From contig PDIP01000003.1 in NCBI GenBank assembly GCA_002811645.1, positions 310,001 to 374,000 on the forward strand: a stretch of 64,000 bases of DNA, read 5' to 3'. Source of the stretch: Corallochytrium limacisporum Hawaii. Lineage: Eukaryota; Protista; Pluriformea. Positions 1 through 11,907 of the stretch are shown here, in pieces. Every line of letters begins with the position of its first letter. Position 1 is the stretch's first letter. The position numbers were made by a program, and so were the translations under genes. The notes beneath the pieces are model-generated. The model was not told where the DNA came from. It saw only the letters and a program-made list of their open reading frames with translations, and did not search any database.

Positions 1-395
1 GTCTGGTTCAGATTCTGTCTAAGAGTGTTCCGCATGTCCTGCGGAGTTACTGTGATGTTAAACTCTTGATCCCAGTCCTCGTCTTCATCGTTACTATTTG
101 TGTCCAGCTCACTAGAAATCTTCAGCTTTATGGACCCGTCACCATCGAAGTCTGCTTCAAATCCATCCGCGTCGTTATCATGATCGTCAACCTCTACCCG
201 AAGCACATTCAAAGATCCTACTGTACCTGGACCCACTTTAAATTCCGAGTCGAAATCTGTCGTAGAGTCCTCTATTCCACCGAAACTCGCACCGCGAGGG
301 ATCGATCGACTGTTTCCAGGGCCCAGATCAAAGTCATTATCAAGGTCGTCGTCATTGCTCTCGGCATATTTTGATAAGGCTGCGCCCTCTGCCAT
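1..395 (-). CDS. Partial CDS (runs off left edge), acidic low-complexity N-terminus, unknown function
   Basis: Not in the ORF track. Manual translation from ATG at 395 is open to the window edge: MAEGAALSKYAESNDDDLDNDFDLG...DADGFEADFDGD...EDEDWDQEFNIT... Confidence 0.65.
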   Translation of the reverse strand, partial: MAEGAALSKYAESNDDDLDNDFDLGPGNSRSIPRGASFGGIEDSTTDFDSEFKVGPGTVGSLNVLRVEVDDHDNDADGFEADFDGDGSIKLKISSELDTNSNDEDEDWDQEFNITVTPQDMRNTLRQNLNQ

Positions 396-1335
396 TTTGA
401 TTCTAATGTGATGCTTATCCACAGCAATTCTATCCCACGCCTGACGCACAAGTCATGTTCACAGTGACCCCGTACATTTTCCCCAAATTCATCTCTTCTA
501 TAGTCTATTTCTGGTTGAAGGTCTCCTGCACGCTCACAACCGCGAATGCAATGACAACTTCGCGAGGTTTTCCCCGTCTTTTGATCTCGGTCGATCAACA
601 AATAGCTCTCTAAGCACCCTGAACTGCACTTTTGCTACCATTCCACAACGAAACAGAGGTACTTTATTGTTTTCTCGGCTTACATATATCCCGCGCTTTG
701 GTTGGCTGCCGCCTTGGAGACCCCACCTCTCTCTCCCCCCTCCCCCTTTCGGTTTCGAGAAAGGCCTTTCACTTCTTTCCTTCTACCGTCTCCTTCTGCC
801 TCCGCTGCTTGGTAGCAAGCCGCTGCCTTGGACCCGGGAAGTGGCATTATATGACCCTTCTCCTTTTCCCGCCTTAAATTGCGCAGTCGGACGCAAAGGG
901 AGAGGGCGACGCGCAAAGGAAAAATACGCGTGCATATAAAGTCCCCAGCGGCACACCAGAGGACGTCATGACCGGTGAACAGAGGGCGCGTCCGATTCTG
1001 GAGGCCAAAAATCGACTCCCCTTTCACAGACCCTTCCTCAAATTTCGCTGCGGAAGGGCGTTGATGGTGGTCCCGGTCTCTTGTGGCTGTTTCCGGACTG
1101 CGGGGGATGTCTCAGTGGCGAGACGGGGCACAGAGACGGGATCATCCCGGAACCAACGATAGGGTTGGTCTCTGGCAGAGGTCGGAGATGGAGCTATTCA
1201 AAGTAAGGTAGTTTAATGCGAAAGGAATTGAGTTGTTATCACATGGCATGCATGAAACAGTGACCGGAAATCTTGCATGAAAACAGACACGGATGTCCTT
1301 GTGACCATGATGTAGTCCTGCTGGTTTAGCCACCA

Positions 1336-4300
1336 ATGCAGTCCAATGAGTCGCTGCCACAGTCCGATGCGGGGAAAGACCCTAGTCATTCGGGACCAAG
1401 GCTGGGCAAAGCACCGTCATGTGCGTCTATACCTACCGTCAGCACCATACCTACAGTGTTGAACGAAAATGTAGTGCATCCTGCGGAGATGGCTCTGGCA
1501 AGCCAAACGGCCTTCGAGACTTTGCTGCGGGACGGTGAAGCAAACCTTCGTACTACTGGCATGCAATGGGCTGAATGGTGTCGTCAATTTCTAACAGAGT
1601 ACTGGAGAACGAAATGGACCACCGCTGTGGGATTCCTATTAATCATTATCGGGGCGGCTTTTCTGTTCGTGTGGTATTCAGAAGACGCAAGCGGACGGAA
1701 TTCTATTGTCTTGGCCGAAGCGATCATAGTCCTTACGTTAGGAACATTGGCGATTTGCGTTGATTTGAGAGAGACATCGCTGAAAATCGATGAATCAAGG
1801 CGTCGGTTGCTCTCGATCTTGGACAATGCACGAATAATCTTAAGCAGGTCGCGAACGTTTGTGTACAATGATGAATCAGAACGTTATCAGTCTAATAGTC
1901 GCAGTATTTCGACCATCCAAGTATACCGCGATAATCGTATCGTTTCACTACCTTCTAACTTGCTGGTCAAGGGCGATATTATTCTCTTATGTGTCGGAGA
2001 TGAATCCCCAGCACGATGTACACTTGTGGAAATGGATGCTGCGAGACTAGGGCAAACCGTCAAACTCCGTGTTGGCGAAACATTTAAGCTGCGTGATCCA
2101 CAGATTGTGAGTAATTCCACATCTTCATCGCGGGTACCCAGCGGCACATCTACTCCAACCGCAGCGAGTCCGCGGGCTCCTGGAAGAAACAAGACCCGGG
2201 TGTTCCCAGGAAATTCGGGTGGATCAAATTTTGTGTTGCTGGAGAGGCGATGGAGTTTCCGGGTGGAGGAAACTCCATTGATCCGCAACATACAATCCGT
2301 CCTGAACTCAACGAGTACACGACCACCCACGTCGATGGACCACCGCTTTGAATTGGTGCTAGGCAGACTTGTGTATCGATTCATTATTCCTGGATTCTTG
2401 GTTATTAGCTTGGCAATCAATGCAATCCGGACCACTGTCTTGGAAGACGATTCAGGTAATCGGGTCGAAATGTTGGCTGTTCTCCCATTCTATGTTATCC
2501 TGCCCTTGCTACCTATTACCATGCCGTTGTTCTGGGCCTTTTTAAAAGCGTATGGTGCCGCATCCATTCTGGCTCTGCATGACAAACTGGTGGAGCGCAG
2601 GACTGGGAATCCGTCCCTTCGTTTGACCAATGCCCGACCAACAAGAAAGGCGCCAATCAAACGCGGACCCTTTATACGGCGGCAGCTAAATCCAGATTTG
2701 GTGTCTCTTGACAGTCAAGACAACGACCAGATCCAGGTGCAAGTGAAGTCAGATGTTGCGCGCCTTCCGTCAATTAGCTTTTATGTTCGACGTATTCTAA
2801 CTGGCCAGGATTGGACAAGTTTGTCACGCTCTTCAAATCCATTCGAGGCCCTCGCTAGTGTCACTATTGTGTGCTGCGTGGATAAGGACGGTATTTTAAG
2901 CACATCGTCAGCCAGCATCGATCGACTCTCCTTTCTCCGCAACGACAGCACTTTCGATTTTGGTCCCGGTGTATCATTTCGAAGGCCACACAGGGAGCAA
3001 GAAATGAACGGAGATTCTGATGGAAAAGACCCACTACAGAACCCTGAGAACTATACCAGACCTGCTTCAGTGGTGACATTGGACTTGGTAAGGGATGTAG
3101 ATGATAGAACAATCCGCTTTGTGGATCCAACCTGGACTAGGTACATCAATTCATTGAAGGTGCTGGGATTGACAATTCACTTGAGAAATCAATGTGGAGA
3201 CGGTCCGCGTACGGCTCAAGTATTTGATCATTTGCAGAGTCTCACCTATCGATTCAAGGGGAAAAAGGTTCACCGGAGAAGGCTTTGCATGTGCTCCTTG
3301 TACGATGCTATTGGGATGGATACAGAAGCGCATAACACCTTCACAATTCGAAAGCAGGTGATAACATTTGCACCTAAACTAAGGACTCTAGAAGAGCTTT
3401 CGTCTCATCCTTCTCAAAAGATGGTGAAGCGTGTGTTGAGCAACTTACCCGTTTCTCAGGTCGACGCCCTGTTCACTCAGGAGCGTGTGACAGGGACAAA
3501 TCAGCTATTCATTCAGGGTTCAGTTGACTTTGTTCTCGGTTTATGTTCAGACTATTGGGACGGTGAGCAGCTGACGCCACTGACTCCCGAGGCTCGAGCT
3601 GCCCTGCTGAGCCAGTACATTACATTTAGCCGGTCTGAAGAGTGCACCGCATTCGCCTACGGACCGCTACCTCCCTCAGCCCTACCGGCTGATGAGAGTG
3701 GGGGTGCCGAGCGGAACTACTTGGAGACAGATTGCATCTACCCCATGGAAGGGGAGAGCACCAACAAACGTGTCCTTGAACTCATGATGCATCAACAGGG
3801 TCTCATTTTTATGGGACTGGCAGCAGCACAAGTGCAGGCAAAGGGTGATACCAAGCAACTCATCAACCGCTGTGACAATGCTGGCATCCGCTTCGTGTTC
3901 TTCAGCCCTGATGACGAATTGGTTTCCAAGCCATTTGCTGGGAAATTGGGCCTAGAGACTGGTTGGAACTGCCATATCAGTCTCAAGGAGGCTGATCCGG
4001 ACTATGACGTTGATCATGGATACCTGGCGCGCTCAGATAACAAGGCCCGTTTGCCGATCGGTGTTAAAAACATCCGCCAACATCTTGAAGAAGTGGATGA
4101 TGTCCCTCTGCTTGTCCCCATGTTTACAGACTGCACACCCGATAGCTGTAAGGAGACCATCAGCATAATGCAAGAGCATGGTGAGGTAATATGTTGTATT
4201 GGATCAGTGCTGCACGCACGCAACGTACACACGTTCAGTGCAGCAGACATTGCTATTGCGGCAGAACCGACTGTGCCCGACCTATGCTATCGCATTCCAA

Positions 4301-5379
4301 CGAGCAGCGCACCGAATACCGGAGCCGCCAGCGTCGGCAACATCAACACTCCCGGCCGGCGATCAAACCTGGACGCAGTGTCTACCGACTCCAAGCCGGT
4401 CTACACGTCAGCTCTACGGGAACCGATGCAGACCAAGCGCTTGCCCAATGTTCTCTCACACATGAGCCTGAGTGCAGCCCTTAACGGCGTCCCGTGCGCC
4501 TTGAACCTGGAAAGGAACGCTCCCCTGAGCGTGATCTTTCAGTTGATTGAACAGGCACGCCGTTTGATGCTCAATTATGACCAGATCTTTACTTTCTGGC
4601 TCGGCGCGGCCCTGTTTCTGAGTTCCGTTCAGCTGCTGAATACGGTGATCTTGCTACCGCCAATATTCACAGGTCTGCAGTTAGTGTGGATACAGACCAT
4701 CAGTGTACCGATGCTCTGTCTGCCCATGCTCATTACGACACCTACCATTGACATTGACCGTCTTCTGGTACAAAAGAATTCGAATCATGGCCGGTACATG
4801 TGGCGCTATGTGTACTACTGGGTGGTGCGGTTCCTAACATCTGCTCCCATTCTTGTCATCTGCCACCTGCTCACGCTTCGTCAGGTTTGCCAGGACGCTG
4901 ATGATATTGTTGGAGACTGCCATCCAATCTTCGGCGCCGAGGATGTCTTTCCCCCCAAGACGTTCAATGGCTACAACTCTAGCCTGCGTGAAGGTCTATC
5001 CCTGTCTCAGAATGTGAATGCTTTCCTGGTGGTTTTGTACTTTGTGGTAATTGCTGCAACCTTCCTGCAACGCAACGAGCCCATCTGGGCATGGTTACCC
5101 TATAAAAACTGGATCTGGTGCATAAGCGCCGCAGTGGTTATCGTTCTGCAGGTCGGCTTTTTTGCAATATACCATGTTTCGATCTCCTCGAACACCTCCA
5201 GATCTTATGAGATTGAAGATGTTCCATTGGCGACCTTCCTTCTGGGCCTTCTCTGGTTGCCTTTCTTGCTCGCGCTACAGGAGCTCATGAAGCACATCGA
5301 CCGGCAGTTCTGGATCCGCCAACAGAAGCGCCTCAAACAATTCTTCGACACAAAGCTCGGTATGCACTCTCCTGTGTAA
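1336..5379 (+). CDS. TMEM94: TMEM94-like P-type ATPase-related membrane protein
   Basis: 1347 aa. LPSNLLVKGDII actuator segment, CCVDKDGILS (degenerate DKTGT), AGIRFVFFS, LGLETGWNCHISL, multiple C-terminal TMs, terminal FDTKLGMHSP typical of TMEM94. Confidence 0.92.
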   Translation: MQSNESLPQSDAGKDPSHSGPRLGKAPSCASIPTVSTIPTVLNENVVHPAEMALASQTAFETLLRDGEANLRTTGMQWAEWCRQFLTEYWRTKWTTAVGFLLIIIGAAFLFVWYSEDASGRNSIVLAEAIIVLTLGTLAICVDLRETSLKIDESRRRLLSILDNARIILSRSRTFVYNDESERYQSNSRSISTIQVYRDNRIVSLPSNLLVKGDIILLCVGDESPARCTLVEMDAARLGQTVKLRVGETFKLRDPQIVSNSTSSSRVPSGTSTPTAASPRAPGRNKTRVFPGNSGGSNFVLLERRWSFRVEETPLIRNIQSVLNSTSTRPPTSMDHRFELVLGRLVYRFIIPGFLVISLAINAIRTTVLEDDSGNRVEMLAVLPFYVILPLLPITMPLFWAFLKAYGAASILALHDKLVERRTGNPSLRLTNARPTRKAPIKRGPFIRRQLNPDLVSLDSQDNDQIQVQVKSDVARLPSISFYVRRILTGQDWTSLSRSSNPFEALASVTIVCCVDKDGILSTSSASIDRLSFLRNDSTFDFGPGVSFRRPHREQEMNGDSDGKDPLQNPENYTRPASVVTLDLVRDVDDRTIRFVDPTWTRYINSLKVLGLTIHLRNQCGDGPRTAQVFDHLQSLTYRFKGKKVHRRRLCMCSLYDAIGMDTEAHNTFTIRKQVITFAPKLRTLEELSSHPSQKMVKRVLSNLPVSQVDALFTQERVTGTNQLFIQGSVDFVLGLCSDYWDGEQLTPLTPEARAALLSQYITFSRSEECTAFAYGPLPPSALPADESGGAERNYLETDCIYPMEGESTNKRVLELMMHQQGLIFMGLAAAQVQAKGDTKQLINRCDNAGIRFVFFSPDDELVSKPFAGKLGLETGWNCHISLKEADPDYDVDHGYLARSDNKARLPIGVKNIRQHLEEVDDVPLLVPMFTDCTPDSCKETISIMQEHGEVICCIGSVLHARNVHTFSAADIAIAAEPTVPDLCYRIPTSSAPNTGAASVGNINTPGRRSNLDAVSTDSKPVYTSALREPMQTKRLPNVLSHMSLSAALNGVPCALNLERNAPLSVIFQLIEQARRLMLNYDQIFTFWLGAALFLSSVQLLNTVILLPPIFTGLQLVWIQTISVPMLCLPMLITTPTIDIDRLLVQKNSNHGRYMWRYVYYWVVRFLTSAPILVICHLLTLRQVCQDADDIVGDCHPIFGAEDVFPPKTFNGYNSSLREGLSLSQNVNAFLVVLYFVVIAATFLQRNEPIWAWLPYKNWIWCISAAVVIVLQVGFFAIYHVSISSNTSRSYEIEDVPLATFLLGLLWLPFLLALQELMKHIDRQFWIRQQKRLKQFFDTKLGMHSPV

Positions 5380-6350
5380 TAGTATAGTATGGTATACAGG
5401 TATATCTGTAACTAAAGCCATTCGCCTACTTTATTGAATTATCCTCAACCGTCGCCGGCAACAGGTGCCGACAAAATGTCAAACCCACCGACCGCCCCTT
5501 GGGTGCCGCCCCCCCCCCCCTTCTTCCCCGCTGGGGGTCGGGGGCCGTAGCTGGAGACAGCGGCACCGTCGGTCGTCCCCACCCCCCGGGGGGGGGGATG
5601 CGCGCTATGCCCGCGTTGTTCCGGAAGGTTTTCGACACCTTCCCAGGGGGGAAGGGAGGGCAGGAGAACCCGAGGGGAGGGCCGTTCCGTATATGCCGAG
5701 GGAGCAGCGCGGGCATAGGGCCCTGTGTCGACTTTCGGAGATAGCCGTTTCCAGAAAAATCAACGGGGCCGAGCTTGGTATAGAGAGAGTGTGTGAGTGA
5801 GGGAGCGAGAGATAAGCGGACGGACGCACATGACCTCGTCCACGGGGGAAAGTGTGTGTGGTGTTTTTGGGGGATGAGAGAGAAATGGGGGGAAAGATAA
5901 CACTTCGTTCTTCGCTATCGGCCTTTGCTGGCTTTCTCTCTCGCTCTCGCTCTCTCTCTTTTTCTTTCACCGACCGCTAACGCTACCGTGGCTGCTGGCA
6001 CTTTTAGCCTACTATCCCGAACGCCGCCTCCCGCCGGCCCGCCGGGGGGGGGGATGGGGAAGTGAGAGAGCTTTTAAAGACGCGGTAGGCGTCTGACTTT
6101 TCTACGCATGGTTCTCCAGGGCTTTTAAACCCCCCCCCCTCCTCTTTTTTTTTTCTTTTGTTCTTTCTTTTTTCTTTTTTGGGCTCCTTTGTGGGTGCCG
6201 GCGCGCCATCCCCTCCCGCAGCCCCCGGGGGCGCCTTTAAAGCCCAAAAAAAAAGCGAAACGACCTCAAGAATACAAAGGAGAAAAATTCGAAAATAACT
6301 GAAGGGAGGCAGATATGTTTGGAAGAACGAGAAGGAGAGGCCCCCGCCGG

Positions 6351-6543
6351 NNNNNNNNNNNNNNNNNNNNNNNNNNNNNNNNNNNNNNNNNNNNNNNNNN
6401 NNNNNNNNNNNNNNNNNNNNNNNNNNNNNNNNNNNNNNNNNNNNNNNNNNNNNNNNNNNNNNNNNNNNNNNNNNNNNNNNNNNNNNNNNNNNNNNNNNNN
6501 NNNNNNNNNNNNNNNNNNNNNNNNNNNNNNNNNNNNNNNNNNN
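6351..6543. other. Assembly gap (N run) flanked by homopolymer-rich sequence
   Basis: 193 Ns; G, C, A and T runs on both sides. Confidence 0.99.
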
Positions 6544-7149
6544 GGGGGGGGGGTACGAGGGCCGGGGGGGGGGAGGGGGGGGTAAAAAAAAAACAGGACC
6601 ACATCCACGTGGAAACGGGTGTTCCGGTGGCCATTCACTACCGACCCAGTCCGGCGATGAGCGCGGGAATTGGAAAAGGAAGAAAAAAGGAAAGGACAGA
6701 GCGGGAGTAAGAAACTCCAAGAAAGAAATAAAGAAAGAGTAAAGAAGCAAGTAACGAAATGAAAAGAAAGAAAAATGCAGTTCACATAATACCAAAGCTG
6801 GGCTGAGATTGATGCGCGGTGGTCCCAGGGAGGAGGCAGGAGTGAGGCGCACCACCAACCGCCCTCCTTTGCCCTCCCGGGGCGTCGTTGGTTGTGTCTC
6901 GGTAGTGAATTAGTCGGGCCGGTGGAGAAAGGGGGCAAAACCAGCCACTACTCCGAAGCGAAGCGAACGACAAGAAAGGGAAAAAAAAAGTTAAGAAAGG
7001 ACCAGACGGAACCAAAAAGAAAAAAAAAAAAGAGGGAGCAAAACGCTCGGAGGCATTGCATTGGCCCGATTGCGCGACTGTGAAAGGGTGAGAAGAGAGA
7101 GGAATTTTTTTTCCAGAACATTGCAGTCTGCCAGCAGCGAACGGAGAAC

Positions 7150-7189
7150 CCGAGCGAGAGCGAGAGAGAGAGAGTGTGTGTGTGTGTGT
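7150..7189. repeat. Compound (GA)n(GT)n microsatellite
   Basis: cgagcgagagcgagagagagagagtgtgtgtgtgtgtgt. Confidence 0.85.
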
Positions 7190-8024
7190 TCCATAGTCCC
7201 ACTACCCGGGGCAACCGCGAGTGGCTCCAGCTCTGGCTCCCCCTCCCCCTCCTCTTGGTTTTTCGTGCTTGGCTCCCCTGCCCTCCTGATTTCAACGGTC
7301 GTTACAGAGTCAGGACATGCCTGATCCACGTTGAGCGTAAAACTACAAGTTCATTTTTAATATATTATGTATTACAAATTTGTCACATAGCACAGGTCTC
7401 ACAAGTACTTATGACTTTGGTGGCCCGTTTCAGAACTGGTCTTCCTGTCCTATTTTTCCCCCTTTTTTAGAGGCCTCCGCCAGCCCCCCCCCTGGCCTCT
7501 CTCCACCTCCCCACCGCTGCAGTGTGCCGGAGGGGAGGCCGCGGGAGGGGGGGGGGTGTTGCATGGCTGGCTAGCTAGCTGCGCCCCCCCCCTCCCTCCT
7601 CTTCCTCTACGACCGCCGCACAGCCAGACCGGTTTTTGCTCCCGTAAACGCTCCCGAACATTGGAGAAAAAAACTTTACCGTGCGGTGCCGCACAGGCAG
7701 CTGCTGGCCCACGGCCCTTGGGGGTGGGCGGTAGAGCAGGTGCAGTTGAAGGCCCCTTGTGGCTTGCTGCGTGAATCCTGACCAATTGCCCGTTTTGTTC
7801 CGGAGACAAAACGACACCGTTCGGCGTGCGTGTGGTACTGTTGGTGAAGACGCCCATAGTTGTTAACTTCGGCATTCTTTGACCCCCTAGACGACGGTTC
7901 GGCGTTCCATTGATCTGGTATTTTGGGCAGGCCGGGCTCGCATATTGGGCCCGAAGACGCTGCGTCGAAATTAAGTCCACACGTAGGTTCACTTTTATAA
8001 GGAACCGTACCTAGCAGAATAATC

Positions 8025-9248
8025 ATGGTGTCCGACACAAAGTTGTACGACGCCCTGGGTGTGTCCCCCGACGCCGGCGAGAGCGAGCTGAAGAAGGCAT
8101 ACCGCAAGCTGGCCCTCAAGTACCATCCCGACAAGAACCCCGAGGCTGGCGAAAAGTTCAAGGAAATCAGCTTTGCATATGAGGTGCTGTCCGATCCCAA
8201 GAAGCGTGAGATGTACGACCGCTTCGGTGAGCAGGGCCTGAAAGAAGGCGGCGGTGGTGCAGGTGGTTTCCATTCCGCTGAGGACATTTTCTCACAGTTC
8301 TTCGGAGGTGGTGGCTTCTTCGGAGGCGGTGGCGGTGGTCGCCGGGAACGTCGCGGCAAGGACATGCAGCACGTGCTGAAGGTCAGTCTGGAGGACCTCT
8401 ACAAAGGTAAGGTGAGCAAACTTGCCCTGCAAAAGAACGTCATCTGCAGTGGTTGCAGTGGTAAGGGTGGCAAGGATGGCGCTGAGCGCACCTGCCAGAC
8501 CTGTCGTGGTCAGGGTGTCCGTGTACAGCTGCGCCAGATTGCCCCCGGTATGGTTCAGCAGCTGCAGAGCACTTGCCCCGATTGCCAGGGTGAAGGTAAG
8601 GTTATCAACCCCGCCGATCGCTGCACACAGTGCAAGGGTAAGAAGACTGTCATGGAGCGTAAGGTGCTTGAGGTTCACGTGGACCCTGGCATGCGGCCTG
8701 GTCAAAAGGTCGTCTTCCGTGGCGAGAGTGACCAGCAACCCGATGTGACTCCTGGTGACATTGTCATCATCATCGATCAGAAGGAACATGATGTGTTTGA
8801 TCGCAAGGGTAATGATTTGATTATGCAGATGGATATCCAGCTGAGCGAAGCTCTGTGTGGTTTCGAGCGTGTCGTCACCCACTTGGACGGTCGCAAGCTG
8901 CTCATCAAGAGCAATCCTGGTGAGGTTATTGCCGCAGATATGGTTAAGGGTATTGAAGGCGAAGGTATGCCACAGCATCGCAATCCCTTCGAGAAGGGTT
9001 ACCTGTTTATCAAATTCAACGTGGTTATGCCACCGGAGGGCTTCGGCAACCCTGAGGTATATGCCAGCCTGGCCAAGCTCCTGCCCGCAGGTCAGAAACC
9101 CAAGTACAAACCCGACGAGGTTGAGGAATACCATCTGTCCAAGATCAACATTGAGGAACATCTGCGCCGGGAACAGATGCGGCAAGAGGAGTACATGGAG
9201 GAGGATGATGACCGGGCTGGACCGGGCATGCAGTGCCAGACTCAGTAA
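8025..9248 (+). CDS. DNAJA: Type I Hsp40 co-chaperone (DNAJA/Ydj1 family)
   Basis: J domain with HPD, G/F region, four CxxCxGxG-type zinc-finger repeats, C-terminal CaaX (CQTQ). Confidence 0.97.
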   Translation: MVSDTKLYDALGVSPDAGESELKKAYRKLALKYHPDKNPEAGEKFKEISFAYEVLSDPKKREMYDRFGEQGLKEGGGGAGGFHSAEDIFSQFFGGGGFFGGGGGGRRERRGKDMQHVLKVSLEDLYKGKVSKLALQKNVICSGCSGKGGKDGAERTCQTCRGQGVRVQLRQIAPGMVQQLQSTCPDCQGEGKVINPADRCTQCKGKKTVMERKVLEVHVDPGMRPGQKVVFRGESDQQPDVTPGDIVIIIDQKEHDVFDRKGNDLIMQMDIQLSEALCGFERVVTHLDGRKLLIKSNPGEVIAADMVKGIEGEGMPQHRNPFEKGYLFIKFNVVMPPEGFGNPEVYASLAKLLPAGQKPKYKPDEVEEYHLSKINIEEHLRREQMRQEEYMEEDDDRAGPGMQCQTQ

Positions 9249-9452
9249 TATGATTTTTCGCAGTCCCGGACAGAACCCATAATTTGTTCAACCTGGGATT
9301 GAAAGGTCCCCAGGGGTTCCTGGAGCTCTTATGAAGCATCTGGCATACTAGCATTTCTTTCCACAGAGTAGGAAACCAAAGCATCACATCTCATCATCTC
9401 TGTTCCATGTTCCGCTTTTTGTTCTACCCTTCTCATCGTAACATGAGATGAG

Positions 9453-9470
9453 CACACACACACACACACA
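9453..9470. repeat. (CA)n microsatellite
   Basis: cacacacacacacacaca in the convergent intergenic region. Confidence 0.85.
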
Positions 9471-9596
9471 AACCCTCACTTTTAATCAACATAGACATGT
9501 ATCTAGCAAAGAACACATCTTAAAAGGGAACATGATATCGGGATTGATAATAACGAATAACTATGCTTAGGGCTTTACTGAAGGGATGGTTAGAAA

Positions 9597-10817
9597 TCAT
9601 GCGGTCGCCGCAGCCTTCTCCGGGAATTCGACCGGCAGACCACGTTCCTTCCACTCGAGGATTCCCCCTTCCATGTTGGCGACGTTGCGGAAGTTGTGGT
9701 TGCGCAGCATTGCAGCAGCCGAATTGGACCGAATGCCAGAGCGGCACAACACAACAATCGGATGATCGGGAGTGGCGCCGAGCTTGTTGTCTACGCAGTA
9801 TTGAACAAGGTCATTAAACAGCACATGTTTGGAGCCAGCAACACGACCGTCCTCGGCAATCTCACAAGGCTCACGGATGTCTAGCAGAATTGGGGGAGGA
9901 TCGTCGTGACTCAGACGGCCAATGACCTCCATAACGGGTGCCTGGGGAATCTGTGTCAGCTCGCCGAGCTTCGGCATCTGAAAAGCGTCCATATGATGAT
10001 CATGCAGGCCGGCCTGGTTCATCTGGAGCACATCGTGAATCCTGTCAGGCAGGTTCTTGATGCTGAACAGTTCACCCATCAGCTTGGTGTAGCCCTCGAC
10101 AGTGGTTCCCTTGCCCACACGAGGGTTCTCGTCGATTTCCTCGCCGATCGTGGTCCGTTCCTTACCCTTGTAGTCATGGCCAGGCAGGACCACAGTGTCG
10201 CGGGGCAGCTTGAACAACCGATCGACGACACTGTGGTAGCTCTGCGCCGCATCGCCGCCCGCAAAATCAGTGCGACCGGTACCGCGGATGAGCAGAGCAT
10301 CACCGGGGAAGACGATGCCGGCATCTGGAAGGTAGATAGAGATGCAGTCTGGAGTGTGTCCCGGAGTGTGCATGAGCTCGACGGTATACTTGCCGAGTTT
10401 GATAGTGTCTCCTTGATCGACGTGCCGATCAATGCGAGGAGTCGGTGCGGTCTTATGCATGATGGTAGTGCAGCCGATCAGGTTCTTCAATTCGTGCAGA
10501 CCAGACGCATGGTCAGCATGCGTGTGTGTGTCGATGGCATATTCCAGGCGCAGGCCGTGGTACGCGAGTGTCGAAATGTAGAGGGGAACGCGATGGCGGA
10601 GAGGATCAATGAGAAGTGCCTTCCTGGACTCAAAATCGGCGACCAGGTAGGTCTTGCACTTGAGTGTGTTCAGCTCCTTGACCAAAATGCCACTAGCACC
10701 ATTGCTAAGGGATGAATCGAACAATGTGTTGCTGACACGCGATGAGGTACTTATGCCAGCTGCCCTCCAGGCCACCTTGGCCTGGGGTGCTGCCCTACGA
10801 AGGAATGCTCCCAACAT
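9597..10817 (-). CDS. Persulfide dioxygenase (ETHE1-like MBL fold) fused to a C-terminal rhodanese; probable mitochondrial presequence
   Basis: THTHADH, HTPGHT, GDALLIRGTGRTDF, LPGHDYKG, TTIGEE; rhodanese LLDIREP..E, active loop CRSGIRS, MEGGILEW; Arg/Ala/Ser-rich N-terminus. Confidence 0.92.
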   Translation of the reverse strand: MLGAFLRRAAPQAKVAWRAAGISTSSRVSNTLFDSSLSNGASGILVKELNTLKCKTYLVADFESRKALLIDPLRHRVPLYISTLAYHGLRLEYAIDTHTHADHASGLHELKNLIGCTTIMHKTAPTPRIDRHVDQGDTIKLGKYTVELMHTPGHTPDCISIYLPDAGIVFPGDALLIRGTGRTDFAGGDAAQSYHSVVDRLFKLPRDTVVLPGHDYKGKERTTIGEEIDENPRVGKGTTVEGYTKLMGELFSIKNLPDRIHDVLQMNQAGLHDHHMDAFQMPKLGELTQIPQAPVMEVIGRLSHDDPPPILLDIREPCEIAEDGRVAGSKHVLFNDLVQYCVDNKLGATPDHPIVVLCRSGIRSNSAAAMLRNHNFRNVANMEGGILEWKERGLPVEFPEKAAATA

Positions 10818-11033
10818 GGTTAGAAATTGTGTGTAACTAACCGATCTGACTTATCTATTACAGCCCTATTCCCTTAAAATACCTTCTTCTTCATCAACAG
10901 TCACCAAACGTTAACAAAAGCGACGCAATTCAAACTCTGTTCTTGTGATGTCAAAGACACTTTCCCTGGAGATTGGGGAAAAAAGTGTCCGATTTCTGTC
11001 ACACGACCACTGTAAATAATCTCCGAGACGGCG

Positions 11034-11160
11034 AGCTCTCCTCCCCTCCCTCTCTTTCTCCTAACTTCCCTCTTCCTCTCCCTGTCTTCCTCTCTCTCCC
11101 TCTCTCTCTCTCTCTCTCACTCCTGGCTTCTTCTCCTCTCCCAAGTCGCTCTCAGTCTCC
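11034..11160. repeat. Polypyrimidine/(CT)n tract
   Basis: About 120 nt almost purely C/T including a (CT)n run, in the divergent promoter region. Confidence 0.8.
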
Positions 11161-11907
11161 CTACACGGTAGCGGCCGGCCGTTCCCGGGCCCGAAGGCAG
11201 ACAGAGCTGCCTTGTGCGGAGTGAGCATCCATGGTCTGTGCTAGGCACGATCAGAAACGCGCCCTGGTCTGGTCTTCCTTCCATTCCCCGAACACTGAGT
11301 CCGTATTTCCTTCGAAGGATCAGTAAAGGACCCGAAGACCAAGAGGGTAGGTCCCAAGGTGACACCAAGAAACGAGCCGGACAGAGTTCTAAGGGGAACC
11401 TGGATAAGGCCCGAAAAATTTGGTGCCCGAGCCTGCGTCGTATGGACACACACACACACCGTGGCGGCGCACCTAAAGTTGCGCGCTTTTGGGGCGTGCC
11501 AAGGCGCTGGGGACCGCTCCTCCCCTACTCGATTTCCTCTCCGCCACCTCTCCCCCAAAGCAGGCGGGGGGAGGAGAGGGGGAATGTAATAGACCCGCCA
11601 GATTTTTGCGCACACGGCGCTCAGGGACGACAAGGTTGGGGGGGGGGGGGTGTGGACCGGCTCTGACTCTAAGAGATCAATATTTTTGATCTACTTTTGC
11701 ACCTGCCCCCTTCCGGGCGGTTGCCTCCGTCACCGGCTTGTGCGGATGGCTGTTTTGCTTTTGGCTCTCCATCAGATCGCGAAACCGTGCTACTTGAGAT
11801 CACCTGTGATAGCATCGGCTGCGTTTAGATAAATGGGTTATGACAAGCAGTATGTAATTATACACGTAAAAATAAAGTTTAAAATGTAAAATAGTAGAGA
11901 ACATACG

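Noticed and set aside
936-1135. AAAGTCCCC...CGGGGCAC resembling the RNase MRP P4 halves
   Set aside because: Both halves deviate from consensus and no other conserved regions or P1 stem were found
7111-7668. Heat-shock-element-like TTCcaGAAcaTTG and GAAcaTTGgaGAA upstream of DnaJA
   Set aside because: Each has only two perfect nGAAn units; not distinguishable from chance
5426-7992. Many overlapping Pro/Gly/Arg-rich ORFs around the gap
   Set aside because: They are products of homopolymers, microsatellites and Ns, with no domain signal
8292-10715. Long antisense ORFs opposite DnaJA and the dioxygenase (also 23346-24224 and 45005-45946)
   Set aside because: Shadow frames caused by codon bias of the real genes
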